Shown: in pieces, positions 8,023-19,469 of the stretch
Layout of the letters: every line of letters begins with the position of its first letter
How positions within the stretch are numbered: the first letter of the stretch is position 1
Assembly (NCBI GenBank): GCA_965202725.1
Contig: OZ241845.1
Location: 794,640 to 858,639 of the forward strand
DNA length: 64,000 nucleotides
Direction: 5' to 3'
Origin: Candidatus Poribacteria bacterium
GTDB lineage: Bacteria; Poribacteria; WGA-4E; WGA-3G
Made by a program: the position numbers and the translations under genes
Notes under the pieces: model-generated
The model's database searches: none
What the model saw: the letters and a program-made list of their open reading frames with translations, nothing else
Told to the model about the DNA's origin: nothing

Positions 8023-10467
8023 ATGATTTTGTCCAATAACGTCCTACGATGCTTCTGTCTAATGTTGATACTGTCATTCGGTGCCTTTACCGCCGCCGAT
8101 GGTGAAAAGGATACCCTCAATTTTTCTAAAAATGGCGCGCTATTTTTAGAACGGTACTGTTTCAGTTGTCACGCTGGTGACCAACCCGCTGCTGAACTCT
8201 CCTTGGATTCCTATACAGATAGCCATTCCTTAATTAAGGATCGTGAGGTTTGGGATCGGGTGCTGGACATGGTAGAAACAACACAAATGCCGCCAGCAGA
8301 TAATGAACAACCATCAATAGAAGCATTGGAATCGTTTATTGCGCATATTGAAGCAATCTTTGAACACGCGGACCGCACGGCGAAGCCCGACCCTGGACGC
8401 GTTACAGTCCGCCGCCTCAATAGGGTGGAATACAGAAATACTGTCCGCGACCTCCTCGGTGTCGATTTCAACCCTACCGAAAAGTTTCCTGCAGATGATG
8501 TCGGACACGGGTTTGATAACATTGGTGATGTCCTTTCTATGTCCCCACTGCTAATGGAACGTTACCTTGAAGCCGCGGAGGCAATTGTCTCGCGTGTTAT
8601 CGTATTGGATCCACTGCCTCCCTCCAGATCCTACCGAAACGGGAAAACTCTTGAGCCACTCCACGATGATGTTCCTGATGAACGTTACCGCCTGCTCGAT
8701 CCCACGGCTACAGAGCCGTGGAAATCGGGACCATTTACAACGGGCGCAGACAATTTCAATATAGCACCCGACGTAGAAATTATCTACCACGCGACGCTCT
8801 ATGCAGAGACGGAGCGTGATACCCCTGTAGAGGCCGTCTTATTCATTCAAGGTGACGAATTAGCGCACCTAACCCCACCGGAGAAACTTTCACGCTTAGT
8901 GGGTGTAGATCCGTCAGTGGATAATAACATCAAGGTTTTAAAGGCTTTTAAGATTACCGCTCGCAGCCCTGAAAAAAACCAGACGATTAAAGTCCATATT
9001 ACCGGTATTCCGAACATTGAAAACGTCGGCATCGCAATGCTTAAACCAAAGGAAGGTGAACCAGACGCTAAACTTCAGATTCGTGTGCTCTGGTCAAAAG
9101 GTCCGTTAGAAACCAGACCTAAATCTCATTTCGAGATTCTGGCATGCACACCGGGAATCTCCCAAGCCGAACAGACCCGTGAGGTACTCACGCGCCTGCT
9201 ACGCCGCGGCTATCGCCGTCCACCGACCGAAAACGAAATAGAACACCTCGCGCAGTTTGCTGAATCTGTTCAAGCGGACGGAGCGTCGTGGGAAGCAAGT
9301 GTCCAAGCAGCGATCAAAGTTATTCTCTGTTCACCCAAATTCCTGTTTCGATGGGAGCTCGATGCCCGACCACAAACGCCGGAACCGCATCCGATTGATG
9401 AATTCCAACTCGCTGCGCGGCTCGCCTATTTCATTTGGAGCAGCATGCCAGATGACGAACTCCTTGAACTCGCTGAGACCAAGCAACTCACGGCTAACCT
9501 GGAAGCTCAAGTTAAACGTATGTTAGCTGACGCAAAGGCATCTGAATTAGGGAGCAATTTCGGGGCCCAATGGCTTCAGATTCAACGGTTAACGACAGTC
9601 GCGCCGGATCTCGAAAAATTTCCATATTTCACTGGCAGCTTGCGCTTGGCTATGCAAAAGGAGACAGAACTTTTCGTTGAATCGATCTTTCGCGAAGACA
9701 GGAGTCTGCTTGATCTGATTGATGCCGACTATACCTTCCTTAATCAACCTATCGCGAGCCACTATGGTATCGTTGATACACAAGGAAATTGGCGGAAACA
9801 TAAGAACCCAGTCCCGGGCGGTGAACGGATTCGCGGTAAATCGTTCCGGCGCGTTAAGATACAAGGCACCTCACGCGGTGGAATACTCAGCCACGCCAGT
9901 GTGCTGACGGTGACCTCTAACCCAACGCGCACCTCGCCCGTCAAAAGGGGACGCTGGGTACTCGAACAGATACTCGGTACGCCGCCACCACCGCCACCAC
10001 CAGATGTCCCAGAATTAGAAGAAGAGGCGGCGGTGGTTCATGGAACTACGTTGCGAGAACGCCTTGAGCAACACCGGGCGGATCCAGCATGTGCTAACTG
10101 CCACGCGAAAATGGATCCTATCGGATTTGCTCTCGAAAACTATAATGCAATCGGCGCGTTTCGCTGGAAAGACGGCGAATTGGATATCGACACAACAGCC
10201 GTATTACCGGACGGAACAGTGCTACAACACGGCATCGTAGACTTGAGACGCGTCATCTTGGATCGAAAACAGCAGTTCCTACGTTGCTTGACAGAAAAAT
10301 TGTTAACCTACGCTTTGGGTAGAGGATTAGAATATTACGACCGACCCACTGTTGAACATATCGTGGCACAACTCGAAACCAAGGACTACAGAAGTTCGGT
10401 ACTGATTACAGAAATCGTCAAAAGCGATCCATTCCGGTTACGACGTGGCACAGCAATCAAGCGATGA
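8023..10467 (+). CDS. DUF1592/DUF1588/DUF1585-type (PSD1-like) secreted protein with cytochrome-c-like CxxCH heme-binding motif
   Basis: Signal peptide [32 protein letters not shown] is a CxxCH motif. Large conserved C-terminal region with [26 protein letters not shown] lies 8 nt upstream of the ATG at 8023. The listed ORF start 7897 is a TTG inside the repeat. Confidence 0.7.
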   Translation: MILSNNVLRCFCLMLILSFGAFTAADGEKDTLNFSKNGALFLERYCFSCHAGDQPAAELSLDSYTDSHSLIKDREVWDRVLDMVETTQMPPADNEQPSIEALESFIAHIEAIFEHADRTAKPDPGRVTVRRLNRVEYRNTVRDLLGVDFNPTEKFPADDVGHGFDNIGDVLSMSPLLMERYLEAAEAIVSRVIVLDPLPPSRSYRNGKTLEPLHDDVPDERYRLLDPTATEPWKSGPFTTGADNFNIAPDVEIIYHATLYAETERDTPVEAVLFIQGDELAHLTPPEKLSRLVGVDPSVDNNIKVLKAFKITARSPEKNQTIKVHITGIPNIENVGIAMLKPKEGEPDAKLQIRVLWSKGPLETRPKSHFEILACTPGISQAEQTREVLTRLLRRGYRRPPTENEIEHLAQFAESVQADGASWEASVQAAIKVILCSPKFLFRWELDARPQTPEPHPIDEFQLAARLAYFIWSSMPDDELLELAETKQLTANLEAQVKRMLADAKASELGSNFGAQWLQIQRLTTVAPDLEKFPYFTGSLRLAMQKETELFVESIFREDRSLLDLIDADYTFLNQPIASHYGIVDTQGNWRKHKNPVPGGERIRGKSFRRVKIQGTSRGGILSHASVLTVTSNPTRTSPVKRGRWVLEQILGTPPPPPPPDVPELEEEAAVVHGTTLRERLEQHRADPACANCHAKMDPIGFALENYNAIGAFRWKDGELDIDTTAVLPDGTVLQHGIVDLRRVILDRKQQFLRCLTEKLLTYALGRGLEYYDRPTVEHIVAQLETKDYRSSVLITEIVKSDPFRLRRGTAIKR

Positions 10468-11492
10468 TACGTATGACAACTCATGTAATCCTTTTTCTTA
10501 TCGTAATTCTCCACTCCGGGTGTTATACCCTTCCTTATGAAACACCAAATCAAAGCCCAACTTTACAGCTGGAGGAAAAGTACTCTGTTTATTTAGATTC
10601 TACATGGACGGCAGAACAAGCAGACGCGCTTTTAAAGGTTTTTGAATCCATACCCGCAGTGCTGAACCTACGTTTTTCTCAATGGCGCATAAGTGACAAG
10701 GATTTGGAAAACGGTATTAAGATTGAATTTAAAGATAAGTTAAAATTTGTTACAATTAGTAGATACATCTTTCCCATTGAAGGGAATCGAGAGTCGTTGT
10801 CACCCGGAAAGGAGCTATATTTTGCTGTCGTTCAATTCCTAACAGAGCGTGGGACAAACAGAGCCATAATAGAATTAATACTGCAAAAGAGGTATGGTGT
10901 ATACGTACCCTCTTATGATTCCTTAACCGAGGAGACTCCAAGCCAAACATCAAAACGCTATTCAAATTTTGAGAATGAAGACCTGATGCTCATTATATCC
11001 GTATTTGAAGAATTCCCGCAGACACTCCATAAAATACCGAGGCTAGAATATATAGTTCGTAGAATTGATAGGGGTGAAGATGAAGATGAAAGAGGTATGA
11101 GTTATGCTCGGATAGGTCAGGGGCACATAGAGTTTGCTGAATCCATTTTTCACCGCCGTAACGCTAATACGACTCGGCGCGTAATTGCCCACGAAAAGGC
11201 ACATTTTATATGGGCTTTCGTTTTTAATAGTGCACTGAGAGCGGATTGGGCAAAACTTGGGGGATGGCATCGAGATGCAAGCGAATCGGGCTGGTCAACA
11301 ACCAAAGATCGATCAGCTTTTGTATCTGATTATGCTTCTGAAAAAAATCCAAATGAGGATATGGCGGAAAGTATCGCACATTATCTTATATCGCCCCATA
11401 AACTCCGTTCCTGTTGTCCTGAGAAGTATGCGTTTATTCATAAGCGCATGCTTATGTATGCTGAAAGATACGAACCCGCCAATGTTATGTGA
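10464..11492 (+). CDS. hypothetical lipoprotein-like protein with HExxH zinc-metallopeptidase motif; visibly AT-richer than neighbours
   Basis: ATGA start overlaps the stop of the upstream gene. N-terminus is [20 protein letters not shown], and VIAHEKAHFIW is an HExxH motif. Confidence 0.45.
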   Translation: MIRMTTHVILFLIVILHSGCYTLPYETPNQSPTLQLEEKYSVYLDSTWTAEQADALLKVFESIPAVLNLRFSQWRISDKDLENGIKIEFKDKLKFVTISRYIFPIEGNRESLSPGKELYFAVVQFLTERGTNRAIIELILQKRYGVYVPSYDSLTEETPSQTSKRYSNFENEDLMLIISVFEEFPQTLHKIPRLEYIVRRIDRGEDEDERGMSYARIGQGHIEFAESIFHRRNANTTRRVIAHEKAHFIWAFVFNSALRADWAKLGGWHRDASESGWSTTKDRSAFVSDYASEKNPNEDMAESIAHYLISPHKLRSCCPEKYAFIHKRMLMYAERYEPANVM

Positions 11493-11621
11493 TAGCACCT
11501 GTTTAGTTTGATTAACCTATATTCCAGGAAATCACGTTAAATAATGATACATACACACCTCTCGGACTAACCTCAAAAAATCTATCTATGGTAAACTGAG
11601 TGACAGGGATCGGAGATACTT

Positions 11622-12671
11622 ATGAGCACATTAAAACAATTTTCACGTCGATCATTTTTAAGTGGTTTAGCGGTCGGCGCTGCTCTACCGTGGTTGGAAA
11701 CAATAGGTTCCCTTGCATCTTGGGCAGACACGTTCCCGGACGGGAAAACGATTACCCGTTACCCTGATCCATCTGTTGAAGTGATAGCCCCACGTTTTGG
11801 AAAGTATAAAATCGGCAACGCTGTTGTGGAACGGTTATGGACCGGGGCGCGCTGGTCAGAGGGACCTGTCTGGTTTGGGGACGGAGGATTCCTTCTCTGG
11901 AGTGACATTCCCAATAACCGTATCCTGAAATGGCAGGAATCCACTGGCGCAGTAAGCGTCTATCGTAAACCGGCTAACTTCACCAACGGACACACACGCG
12001 ACCGACAGGGTAGACTTATTAGTTGTGAACACGGCACCCGACGCGTTACGCGCACTGAGTATGATGGAACAATTACCGTCCTCATAGACAACTTCGAGGG
12101 CAAACGTTTCAACGCACCCAACGATGCTGTTGTCCATCCCGATGGACATATCTGGTTTACGGACCCCGGATACGGTATCCTTTCGCATTATGAAGGACAT
12201 AAAGCAGAATTTGAATTACCAACCGCCGTTTATCGCCTGAATCCTGACACTGGCGAATCAGTCGTTGTGACGGAAGAAATCGAAAGACCGAACGGTATCT
12301 GTTTTTCACCCAATTATGATAAACTTTACGTTGCTGATACAGGTACACCGAAAAACATCGTTGTTTATGAGGTTGTAAGCGGTGAACGTTTGGCTAACAA
12401 ATTGGTGTTCGCAGATATGACACCCGGGGCCGCCGATGGGCTTCGGTGCGATATTGACGGTAATTTATGGGCAGGTACAGGTTGGGTCGGCAAAGGTTAC
12501 GACGGGGTCCATATCTTCGCACCAGACGGAACGCTTATCGGTAAAATTCATCTGCCAGAGATTTGTGCAAATATCTGTTTCGGGGGCGTAAAACGAAACA
12601 GACTCTTTATGGCAGGCAGTCAATCTCTCTACTCAGTTTATGTCAATGCGCAAGGCGTGCCCTACTTTTAG
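11622..12671 (+). CDS. SMP-30/gluconolactonase/LRE-like beta-propeller protein with twin-arginine signal peptide
   Basis: SRRSFLSGLAVGAALPW TAT signal, GGAGAT RBS, 349 aa. N-terminal 35 aa closely resemble those of the DUF1552 protein downstream. Confidence 0.6.
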   Translation: MSTLKQFSRRSFLSGLAVGAALPWLETIGSLASWADTFPDGKTITRYPDPSVEVIAPRFGKYKIGNAVVERLWTGARWSEGPVWFGDGGFLLWSDIPNNRILKWQESTGAVSVYRKPANFTNGHTRDRQGRLISCEHGTRRVTRTEYDGTITVLIDNFEGKRFNAPNDAVVHPDGHIWFTDPGYGILSHYEGHKAEFELPTAVYRLNPDTGESVVVTEEIERPNGICFSPNYDKLYVADTGTPKNIVVYEVVSGERLANKLVFADMTPGAADGLRCDIDGNLWAGTGWVGKGYDGVHIFAPDGTLIGKIHLPEICANICFGGVKRNRLFMAGSQSLYSVYVNAQGVPYF

Positions 12672-12848
12672 TCTGAGGATTACCTAAAAACATCTCACCC
12701 TTTTAGCTATGAAAGAGAGTTCCCGCTAAACATTTGACACGACTATAAGGCTATAGTTATAATAGCTAACATAAGCAGTTGTGGAGAGCGATGGTTACCA
12801 TCCTCTATGAACGAAAACGCCATACAAAAAGTTTAGGAAGGAATCGTT

Positions 12849-14189
12849 ATGAACACTTCGAAACAACTTTCACGTCGTACATTCTTACGTGGTCTGGGTG
12901 TCAGTATCGCCCTACCGTGGCTGGAAGCCATGGGGCCTGTCACATCATGGGCGAACGCGCCTACAAGTGCACAGACAGCTCCGAACCGGATGGCTTTCCT
13001 TTACGTACCTAACGGGAAGATCATGGAGGATTGGACTCCAAAGCAGGTGGGAGCTGACTACGAACTCACGGCTATCTTGAAACCGTTGGAAAGTGTAAAA
13101 GACAAAATGCTGGTCCTCAGTGGACTGACCGCTGACAAAGCACGTGCAAACGGTGATGGCGGTGGGGATCATGCTCGAGCCATGGCAGCCTTCCTGACAG
13201 GTGCCCAGCCTCGTAAAACTGACGGTGCTGACATTCACGCCGGTGTTTCTGTTGACCAAGTTGCAGCATCGCACGTCGGCAATCGGACCCGGATGCCCTC
13301 CCTCGAGCTCGGTATCGATCCCGGAAGAAGAGCAGGTAATTGCGACTCCGGCTATAGCTGTGTCTATTCATCAACTCTCTCATGGCGTTCTGCGACTCAG
13401 CCGCTGCCCAAAGAGGTAAATCCAAAACTCGCTTTCGAGCGTCTCTTCTCAACCCTCCCCGATACAGAACGGGTGGAACGCGACCAGAAGCGAAAGAGCG
13501 TCCTCGATTTCGTGATTCAAGACTCAAAAGACTTGCGCCGACACGTCACGGGGCACGATGTCCGCAAACTCGATGAGTACTTCTCCGCTATCCGAGACGT
13601 TGAACTGAGAATCGAAGCATCCGAAAAGTTCCCGCCTATCGAAAGCCCCGATTATACCGGACCGGAGGAGATTCCAGAAGATTATCAAGAACATCTGCGC
13701 CTTATGATGGACCTGATGGTCCTCGCATTTCAGGCGGATGTAACCCGTGTTACGACCTTCGTCCTCGCAAATGAGGGAAGTAACAGACCCTACCCGTTTG
13801 TTGATGTCTCAGAGGGACACCACTACTTGTCGCATCACAGTGGCGATCAAGAAAAAATAGAAAAAATCAAAAGGATTGATATTTTCCATTCCGAGCAGTT
13901 GGCATACTTCTTGGAAAAACTCGCCGCAACGTCTGAAGGCGACGGATCACTCTTGGATCACTCGATGATTCTGTACGGTAGCGGAAACGCAGACGGCAAC
14001 CGACACAGCCATCACGATCTCCCTATCATACTTGCAGGCGGCGGTTGCGGCACGCTCAAGACAGGGCGTCATATCCGGTATCCAAAAGAGACTCCACTCA
14101 ACAACTTATGGCTGTCAATGCTCAATCGTATGGATGTTGCGGTCGCGCAAATAGGCGATAGTACAGGCAGTTTATCAGCCCTCTCTTAA
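12849..14189 (+). CDS. DUF1552 family protein (TAT signal), the usual partner of DUF1592/PSD1-type proteins
   Basis: MNTSKQLSRRTFLRGLGVSIALPWLEAMG N-terminus typical of DUF1552. AGGAAGG RBS. Confidence 0.7.
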   Translation: MNTSKQLSRRTFLRGLGVSIALPWLEAMGPVTSWANAPTSAQTAPNRMAFLYVPNGKIMEDWTPKQVGADYELTAILKPLESVKDKMLVLSGLTADKARANGDGGGDHARAMAAFLTGAQPRKTDGADIHAGVSVDQVAASHVGNRTRMPSLELGIDPGRRAGNCDSGYSCVYSSTLSWRSATQPLPKEVNPKLAFERLFSTLPDTERVERDQKRKSVLDFVIQDSKDLRRHVTGHDVRKLDEYFSAIRDVELRIEASEKFPPIESPDYTGPEEIPEDYQEHLRLMMDLMVLAFQADVTRVTTFVLANEGSNRPYPFVDVSEGHHYLSHHSGDQEKIEKIKRIDIFHSEQLAYFLEKLAATSEGDGSLLDHSMILYGSGNADGNRHSHHDLPIILAGGGCGTLKTGRHIRYPKETPLNNLWLSMLNRMDVAVAQIGDSTGSLSALS

Positions 14190-14198
14190 ATCATGGAT

Positions 14199-14231
14199 GC
14201 GGCGCGCTCGTGAGCGCGCCTGCTTCTTCAT
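14199..14231. terminator. rho-independent terminator hairpin between convergent genes
   Basis: GGCGCGC-tcgtga-GCGCGCC stem-loop followed by TGCTTCTTCAT. Lies 10 nt after the stop of the DUF1552 gene and downstream of the minus-strand membrane gene. Confidence 0.45.
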
Positions 14232-14325
14232 ACCCCACTTAAATTTAAAATACATAGGCACTAACTTATATGAGGAGGATTCATTTTAAACCTACCTGAA
14301 TCGCTACGTATTCGGTGAAAATGGA

Positions 14326-16236
14326 TTACCAGTCCTTAAAGGGAAATATCCGGGTCTCTGTCACCATTCCATAAAAACTCCATAGACTCCCCGCCACAAA
14401 CTCGCCGAGGATTAAACCGAGGAAAAAAGGGGCTGCCTTCCGATGCAATTGCAACCCGCCCTGTTTAATAATCAACCATTTGGCAATAGTGCTAATCACA
14501 AGCGAAATCCAGAGCCAGTTCATACACCAATCTGCTGCACCGGAAACAGCATACCCTACAGCATGGAAGGGCCACCAAAAGAAACGCATCCGTAAAAACA
14601 TCAAGAGGAACGTAAATCCCATACCGATGCCCATAGCAGACACTTCAGGAATGTTCGGCCCCATCGGAAAATTGAGTTGTTTTTGGAGTCTCTCGAAAGG
14701 ATGTCGGGCAAACCCCCCTGTTGCCCCAAAGTGATAGACATCGTGCAAATATGCCCAGAAAGAGCCAATTGAACCCACAAGTGCTGCTAAGAGCATTACC
14801 CATACCAAGGGTTTCGGATTAAACCGAGCCCGTGAGGCGAGCTGGAAACCTTCTAATTGGTGTGGCATAGGATGGCTACGGTGCGCTCGGTTAAAGAAAA
14901 ACAGAAAGGAAAGTGCTGTAAGATTGGCCCCCCCCATCCCTCGCGATCCGAGAATCGTCGGTAAAGCGTAGTCCGGTCCCATAAAATGGAGGTCGTGCGC
15001 TGGAGCCCCCGATTCGACTCGCATCCGTGTGATTCCTGTTGACAACGCGAAATACATCGCGAAAAAGGCGATACCCAGCGAAATGCTGATACCTATCTTC
15101 ACAGAAAACGCTATCAGATAGACACATCCCAAGACGATACCTATGATCGCAGTACGGTATTGCATCGGTTCAACGGATTCATCAAGGCTCGAACGCCCTG
15201 TAAATATTTGTTTGAAAACCTCTGCAAGGTACTTCCGGCTTGCCCATATCGCGAAAACTGCCAAACCGAGATACGCCCCCAGGGACTGCTGCCGATCATA
15301 CGGAAAACCGGGTAATCCGCGAACGCCAATGATTGCCCCGACAATCCGTTGCATCTTTCGAAACAGGTAGAAAAACCAACACGAAAACGACAAATCCAGA
15401 GGCATAAAGAATCCGAGTCCAATAACAAACGGATAGATGGAAAAAGGGGTCCAACCGATAGAACTCCACGGCTTGTCAGTGAAAAAATGGCTGATATTCC
15501 GAAACCGGACACCGATAATCGGGATTGTCGGAAAAAGATAGCTGAACCCGTTCACAATATTAAGGAGCGAGACAAGGATAAAGGCTGTCCAAAATACTCT
15601 GCCTCGATAGAACTTTGCCCCACTGTCGCGCGTCATTTCTAACGGCAATTGAATAATTGGATAGGCAAGTTTTTCACGCTCCGTCCATTGCTTCCGCAGC
15701 ACAACGTTAATACAGAGCATAACGAACACAAGCACTACAATGAAACTCGTCCACCACAGCGCCGGCCCCAACCATGCTTGTAGTACCTCTGCGCGATAAA
15801 GTGTTGTTTGTCCTTCGTAAAAGCCTTCTAATATCCTCTTATCTTGGACAGTGCCCCACGTTGGCATGTAGCGGTGGAGAAGTTCCCGCCATTCGTTTTC
15901 AGGTGTATCGTACCAGAAAACGTGTCCAATCATCGGAATCAAAACTTGTGTATGATCGTGTGAGGCGATAGCACTCGCCATACAAAGCATCACGTAGATG
16001 ACAAGCAGCTCACCGTGTGTCATTGCCCACTGGCGCTTTATCCGGCGGACGATCAGGTTCAGGAGCGTAATCACAAACACAAAGAAGATAGCATTGAAGA
16101 ACAGAGACATCGTTGTCGGAAAAAGACCCCACCAGACCATCTCCGTATACATAACCCAGTAGCAGTTGATCGGGATAAGGATAAGAGATAATATAACTGA
16201 TTTTAAAGTGACACCACGGGTTAAAGCGTCAGGCAT
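14326..16236 (-). CDS. large polytopic integral membrane protein, function unknown
   Basis: 636 aa with more than 12 hydrophobic helices, rich in W/F/Y. No catalytic motif recognised. Confidence 0.5.
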   Translation of the reverse strand: MPDALTRGVTLKSVILSLILIPINCYWVMYTEMVWWGLFPTTMSLFFNAIFFVFVITLLNLIVRRIKRQWAMTHGELLVIYVMLCMASAIASHDHTQVLIPMIGHVFWYDTPENEWRELLHRYMPTWGTVQDKRILEGFYEGQTTLYRAEVLQAWLGPALWWTSFIVVLVFVMLCINVVLRKQWTEREKLAYPIIQLPLEMTRDSGAKFYRGRVFWTAFILVSLLNIVNGFSYLFPTIPIIGVRFRNISHFFTDKPWSSIGWTPFSIYPFVIGLGFFMPLDLSFSCWFFYLFRKMQRIVGAIIGVRGLPGFPYDRQQSLGAYLGLAVFAIWASRKYLAEVFKQIFTGRSSLDESVEPMQYRTAIIGIVLGCVYLIAFSVKIGISISLGIAFFAMYFALSTGITRMRVESGAPAHDLHFMGPDYALPTILGSRGMGGANLTALSFLFFFNRAHRSHPMPHQLEGFQLASRARFNPKPLVWVMLLAALVGSIGSFWAYLHDVYHFGATGGFARHPFERLQKQLNFPMGPNIPEVSAMGIGMGFTFLLMFLRMRFFWWPFHAVGYAVSGAADWCMNWLWISLVISTIAKWLIIKQGGLQLHRKAAPFFLGLILGEFVAGSLWSFYGMVTETRIFPFKDW

Positions 16237-16964
16237 TTCGTTCTCCTAATGGTAATCGTCTGAACTGTGATTTTTGTGATTCTGTGATCTCTGTGATAAG
16301 AGGTACTTCTTGCGTGAAAATTCCACGTTATAAAATTACCGATTTGAATGATTTTTAAATCAATCCGTATGATCTTATTCTGTTGCCGATCGAGTACATC
16401 TTTTATACTCGCAGCTGTATTTATGCTACGAACCGTTGCAATGTCGTTTGTCCACATGGATTTGAAGAATGCCCGTTAGAGCCCGCAATCCCCGCGTCAT
16501 ACAACCGTGCTGCTTCGGGCTTGTAGAGAGGTGCGGCAATTGTGAGTAAGGTATGAAACAATATGAGGGACACAAGGATGGATTTGAAGGGCATCATGGG
16601 ATTAAGGAAACGGTTGGGCGGGACGGAGTTTTCACCCCGTCCACTGTTGTGATAAGTGGCGTAGTTACCGCGACTTAATATTTGCCCACGTTGTCGTTAG
16701 AGGGTACTGGGGAGTGACAGGTGTCAAACCGAGCACAGAGCCGGGGCAGTCGTTCATTATATTTTAGAGATCGGCTTGTTCGATCGACACATTGAAAATC
16801 CCAATTTCGTCCATTAGTCCTATTTACAATTCTCCTGTGGAGGATTTGAGTGGATTACCTGTACATGTCCCTTCCGTTAGTGCCTGCGCTGGACAGGCAA
16901 AGCTAATTTAGCATAAGGCGTATGCAACGTCAAGCAGAACTTCCAGCTTATTCATCGGAGTCGG

Positions 16965-17750
16965 CTAATAGGCTTTCATCGCGCCCCAAATCGTTGCGAG
17001 TTTCCCTGAAGGTTCAATGTCGGCGGCTACTTTTAGTCCTTTTGTCATGAGGGTGTCGATATCATCCTCGTCGAGTGCCACATTGAAGATGACAACATCG
17101 TCAACAACGCCACCGAAAAACTCACCCCACTGACCGTGTTGTCCAGTTGCTAAATAGATACCTATTAAAAAAGGTTTGTCGGTTAATGGATTCCTGCCTA
17201 AGTCGGGCGTAGTGATACCGGAAGCGATCGAAACAGCGTCCAGATATACGCCAAATTCATCACCATCCCAGGTAACCGCAACATGATGCCAATCGGTATC
17301 TGGGCTCCAAGGCGCGTCTATAAAGTGAAGCGTGCCCCCTGGATCATGCGTGTGGTGCCGGATTGTACCCCCATCCCACCAAAATCCAGGGGCCCAATCG
17401 TCTTTGGTCATAACCCCCATGCCGCTAGCGGGAGGCGCGTCTAATTTAAACCAAAGCGCGATCGTGTGTTCAGCACCAACCATTAAAGTATCATCGTGCG
17501 GAATTTCTACATAATCGTCTGAGCCGTCAAGGCTTAAAGCCTTGTTAAACTTGCCATCTACCCATTTTGCGTCGCCCTCAATCGTGGCATGATTGCCCTT
17601 CCCGGAAGAATCTTCGGCTTCACCACCACGCCCCTCATCAAAGAGCCACATCCCGACGCAAGCTTGAAAATCAATTTCAGCAGTGCTGCCCCCTACAAAC
17701 ATCAGGAGAGCAGCTATTAAACTGATACATAATAGTTTTAAGGTTGTCAT
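16965..17750 (-). CDS. secreted LamG-like (concanavalin A-like jelly-roll) domain protein with the conserved C-terminal GKLATIWG tail
   Basis: Signal peptide MTTLKLLCISLIAALLMFVGG. WHHVAVTWDGDEFGVYLDAV is a LamG signature. C-terminus is ...SGKLATIWGAMKAY. Confidence 0.6.
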   Translation of the reverse strand: MTTLKLLCISLIAALLMFVGGSTAEIDFQACVGMWLFDEGRGGEAEDSSGKGNHATIEGDAKWVDGKFNKALSLDGSDDYVEIPHDDTLMVGAEHTIALWFKLDAPPASGMGVMTKDDWAPGFWWDGGTIRHHTHDPGGTLHFIDAPWSPDTDWHHVAVTWDGDEFGVYLDAVSIASGITTPDLGRNPLTDKPFLIGIYLATGQHGQWGEFFGGVVDDVVIFNVALDEDDIDTLMTKGLKVAADIEPSGKLATIWGAMKAY

Positions 17751-18153
17751 CTGTATCCCTTCCTTCGTTATTCTTAGTGCGAAAGTTAGCGAATTATCGG
17801 CCGGTGATTACTTAAAAATGAGTCTCACCGGAATTACTTTATCACGGGACACCATCATATCATTTAGATGTTTGCTCGTCAAGTTGCCCTTTCTCTTTTA
17901 GGCAGGATTTATTCGGTTTCCTGAGGGCAGAATTTCCTTTGCCTTTTTGAAAAGGGGTGTCTCCGCACGAACATCATACGCTCAAAAATTCGTCCAACAA
18001 TTGTCAAAAATGTGGTTTATTCCTAACCTCAGCTGAATTGAATAGGACTTACGCAATGTGTGTTTTGAGCACAGGCGGTTTGAGTTGAATTAAATGACAA
18101 CAAGCCGAAAGCGCTGATAGCCACATCAACGTAGAATGTAAATTTTAGGTGGG

Positions 18154-19212
18154 TCATTCCTTCGGGAGTTTGTGTTTTTCTCTCCAACGAGGGTACGCAT
18201 CTGTGAGTAACTTAGTGGCCCAGCTACCGTAGTAGGCGTAGCCGGTGCGGCGTTCCTGTCCGATCTCGGAGAACGAGTAGCGTACCACCGAGTCGCGGTC
18301 GAGAAAGATGGGCCGGTTGCTGCCGATCTCGTAGAAGCGCGCCCAGAGCGGGCCAGCTTTGGGATCCGCCACGACTCGCCTATCGTCCTTCCCTGTTGCG
18401 TCAGTAAACTTCTCCAAGCGGATACCGTGGATTGTGACACGCCTGAACCATTCAACAGCCCCCTCGACAGCGGCGATGATTGCTGGCGTGGGTTCTTCAA
18501 CTGACATCAGAAAGCGCACGACATCGACGCTTTCAGCACCTGAGAGTGATGGTGGCTCATAGGAACGCGCCCACGCAGGCTCAAGTGTTTTTTCATCATG
18601 CTGCGCACACCAAGCAGTAAGTTTATGATCTTGTTTGATCTGTGTGCGTAAGATGCAGTCAATACCCTTGGTTACAGCGGCTTTCGCCTTCGTGCGGTAC
18701 GCCATTTCCAAGAACCCATAGTCTGACGATTCGGAGATGTCTCGGAGAAGTTCGAGAATTCGCGTCATAGCACCGTCATTGAAAGTGATGTGGCGACGAT
18801 AGCCTTTACCTGGCGGATAAAACTGAGGCCACCCGCCCGTCGGGTATTGCGCTGCAAGGATATGGGAAAGACCTTTGAGAAATGCTTCTCGGTAGCGCGG
18901 CTCGTTTGCCGCACGAAACGCACGGGCGATGAACCGGAGTTCGCCAGTGGTGGCTTTGTTGTCAAACGTTCCGTGTAGGGCATCACCTTTGCCATCAAAC
19001 GGCTCAGATGCCGTGTCTCTATTCTTGGGCCAACTGCCGTACGGTGTCTGCCATGTGAGGACATTGTCAGCAATGCGGCGGCCTGCCTTGCTTTGAAACC
19101 ATTCGGTGGATTGTTTCGCGTATTTGGAAGGAACGGTCGCATCGGAAACTGACAAAAACAAAAGGCACAAGACACAGACAACAGTGAGTTGTAATTTCAT
19201 ACCGAACTTCAT
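18154..19212 (-). CDS. secreted polysaccharide-lyase-like protein (resembles PelA/PL10 pectate-lyase family); assignment tentative
   Basis: Signal peptide MKFGMKLQLTVVCVLCLLFLSVSDA, GGWPQFYP motif, 352 aa. The family call is from memory of PL10 motifs only. Confidence 0.35.
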   Translation of the reverse strand: MKFGMKLQLTVVCVLCLLFLSVSDATVPSKYAKQSTEWFQSKAGRRIADNVLTWQTPYGSWPKNRDTASEPFDGKGDALHGTFDNKATTGELRFIARAFRAANEPRYREAFLKGLSHILAAQYPTGGWPQFYPPGKGYRRHITFNDGAMTRILELLRDISESSDYGFLEMAYRTKAKAAVTKGIDCILRTQIKQDHKLTAWCAQHDEKTLEPAWARSYEPPSLSGAESVDVVRFLMSVEEPTPAIIAAVEGAVEWFRRVTIHGIRLEKFTDATGKDDRRVVADPKAGPLWARFYEIGSNRPIFLDRDSVVRYSFSEIGQERRTGYAYYGSWATKLLTDAYPRWREKHKLPKE

Positions 19213-19469
19213 GAAAGGACTCCTTTGACAGGATGCTGGTTGATTTATGACACGCTTAAGTTGAACTCGCGTTCATTTATCCCGTTTCTATAAGAAGAGT
19301 TTAACCATACTATTTTTATCAATTGATGTCAAATTCAAATGGGTTGTCACGCAGCGGCATTCAATTGACATCTATTTCCGAGTGTGATAGGCTAGTGTCA
19401 GTTCGGAACCATTACGCCGAAACCGGAAAGAAATCAGACGTGAAAATCCTTTATAGGAGGAGAAACATT

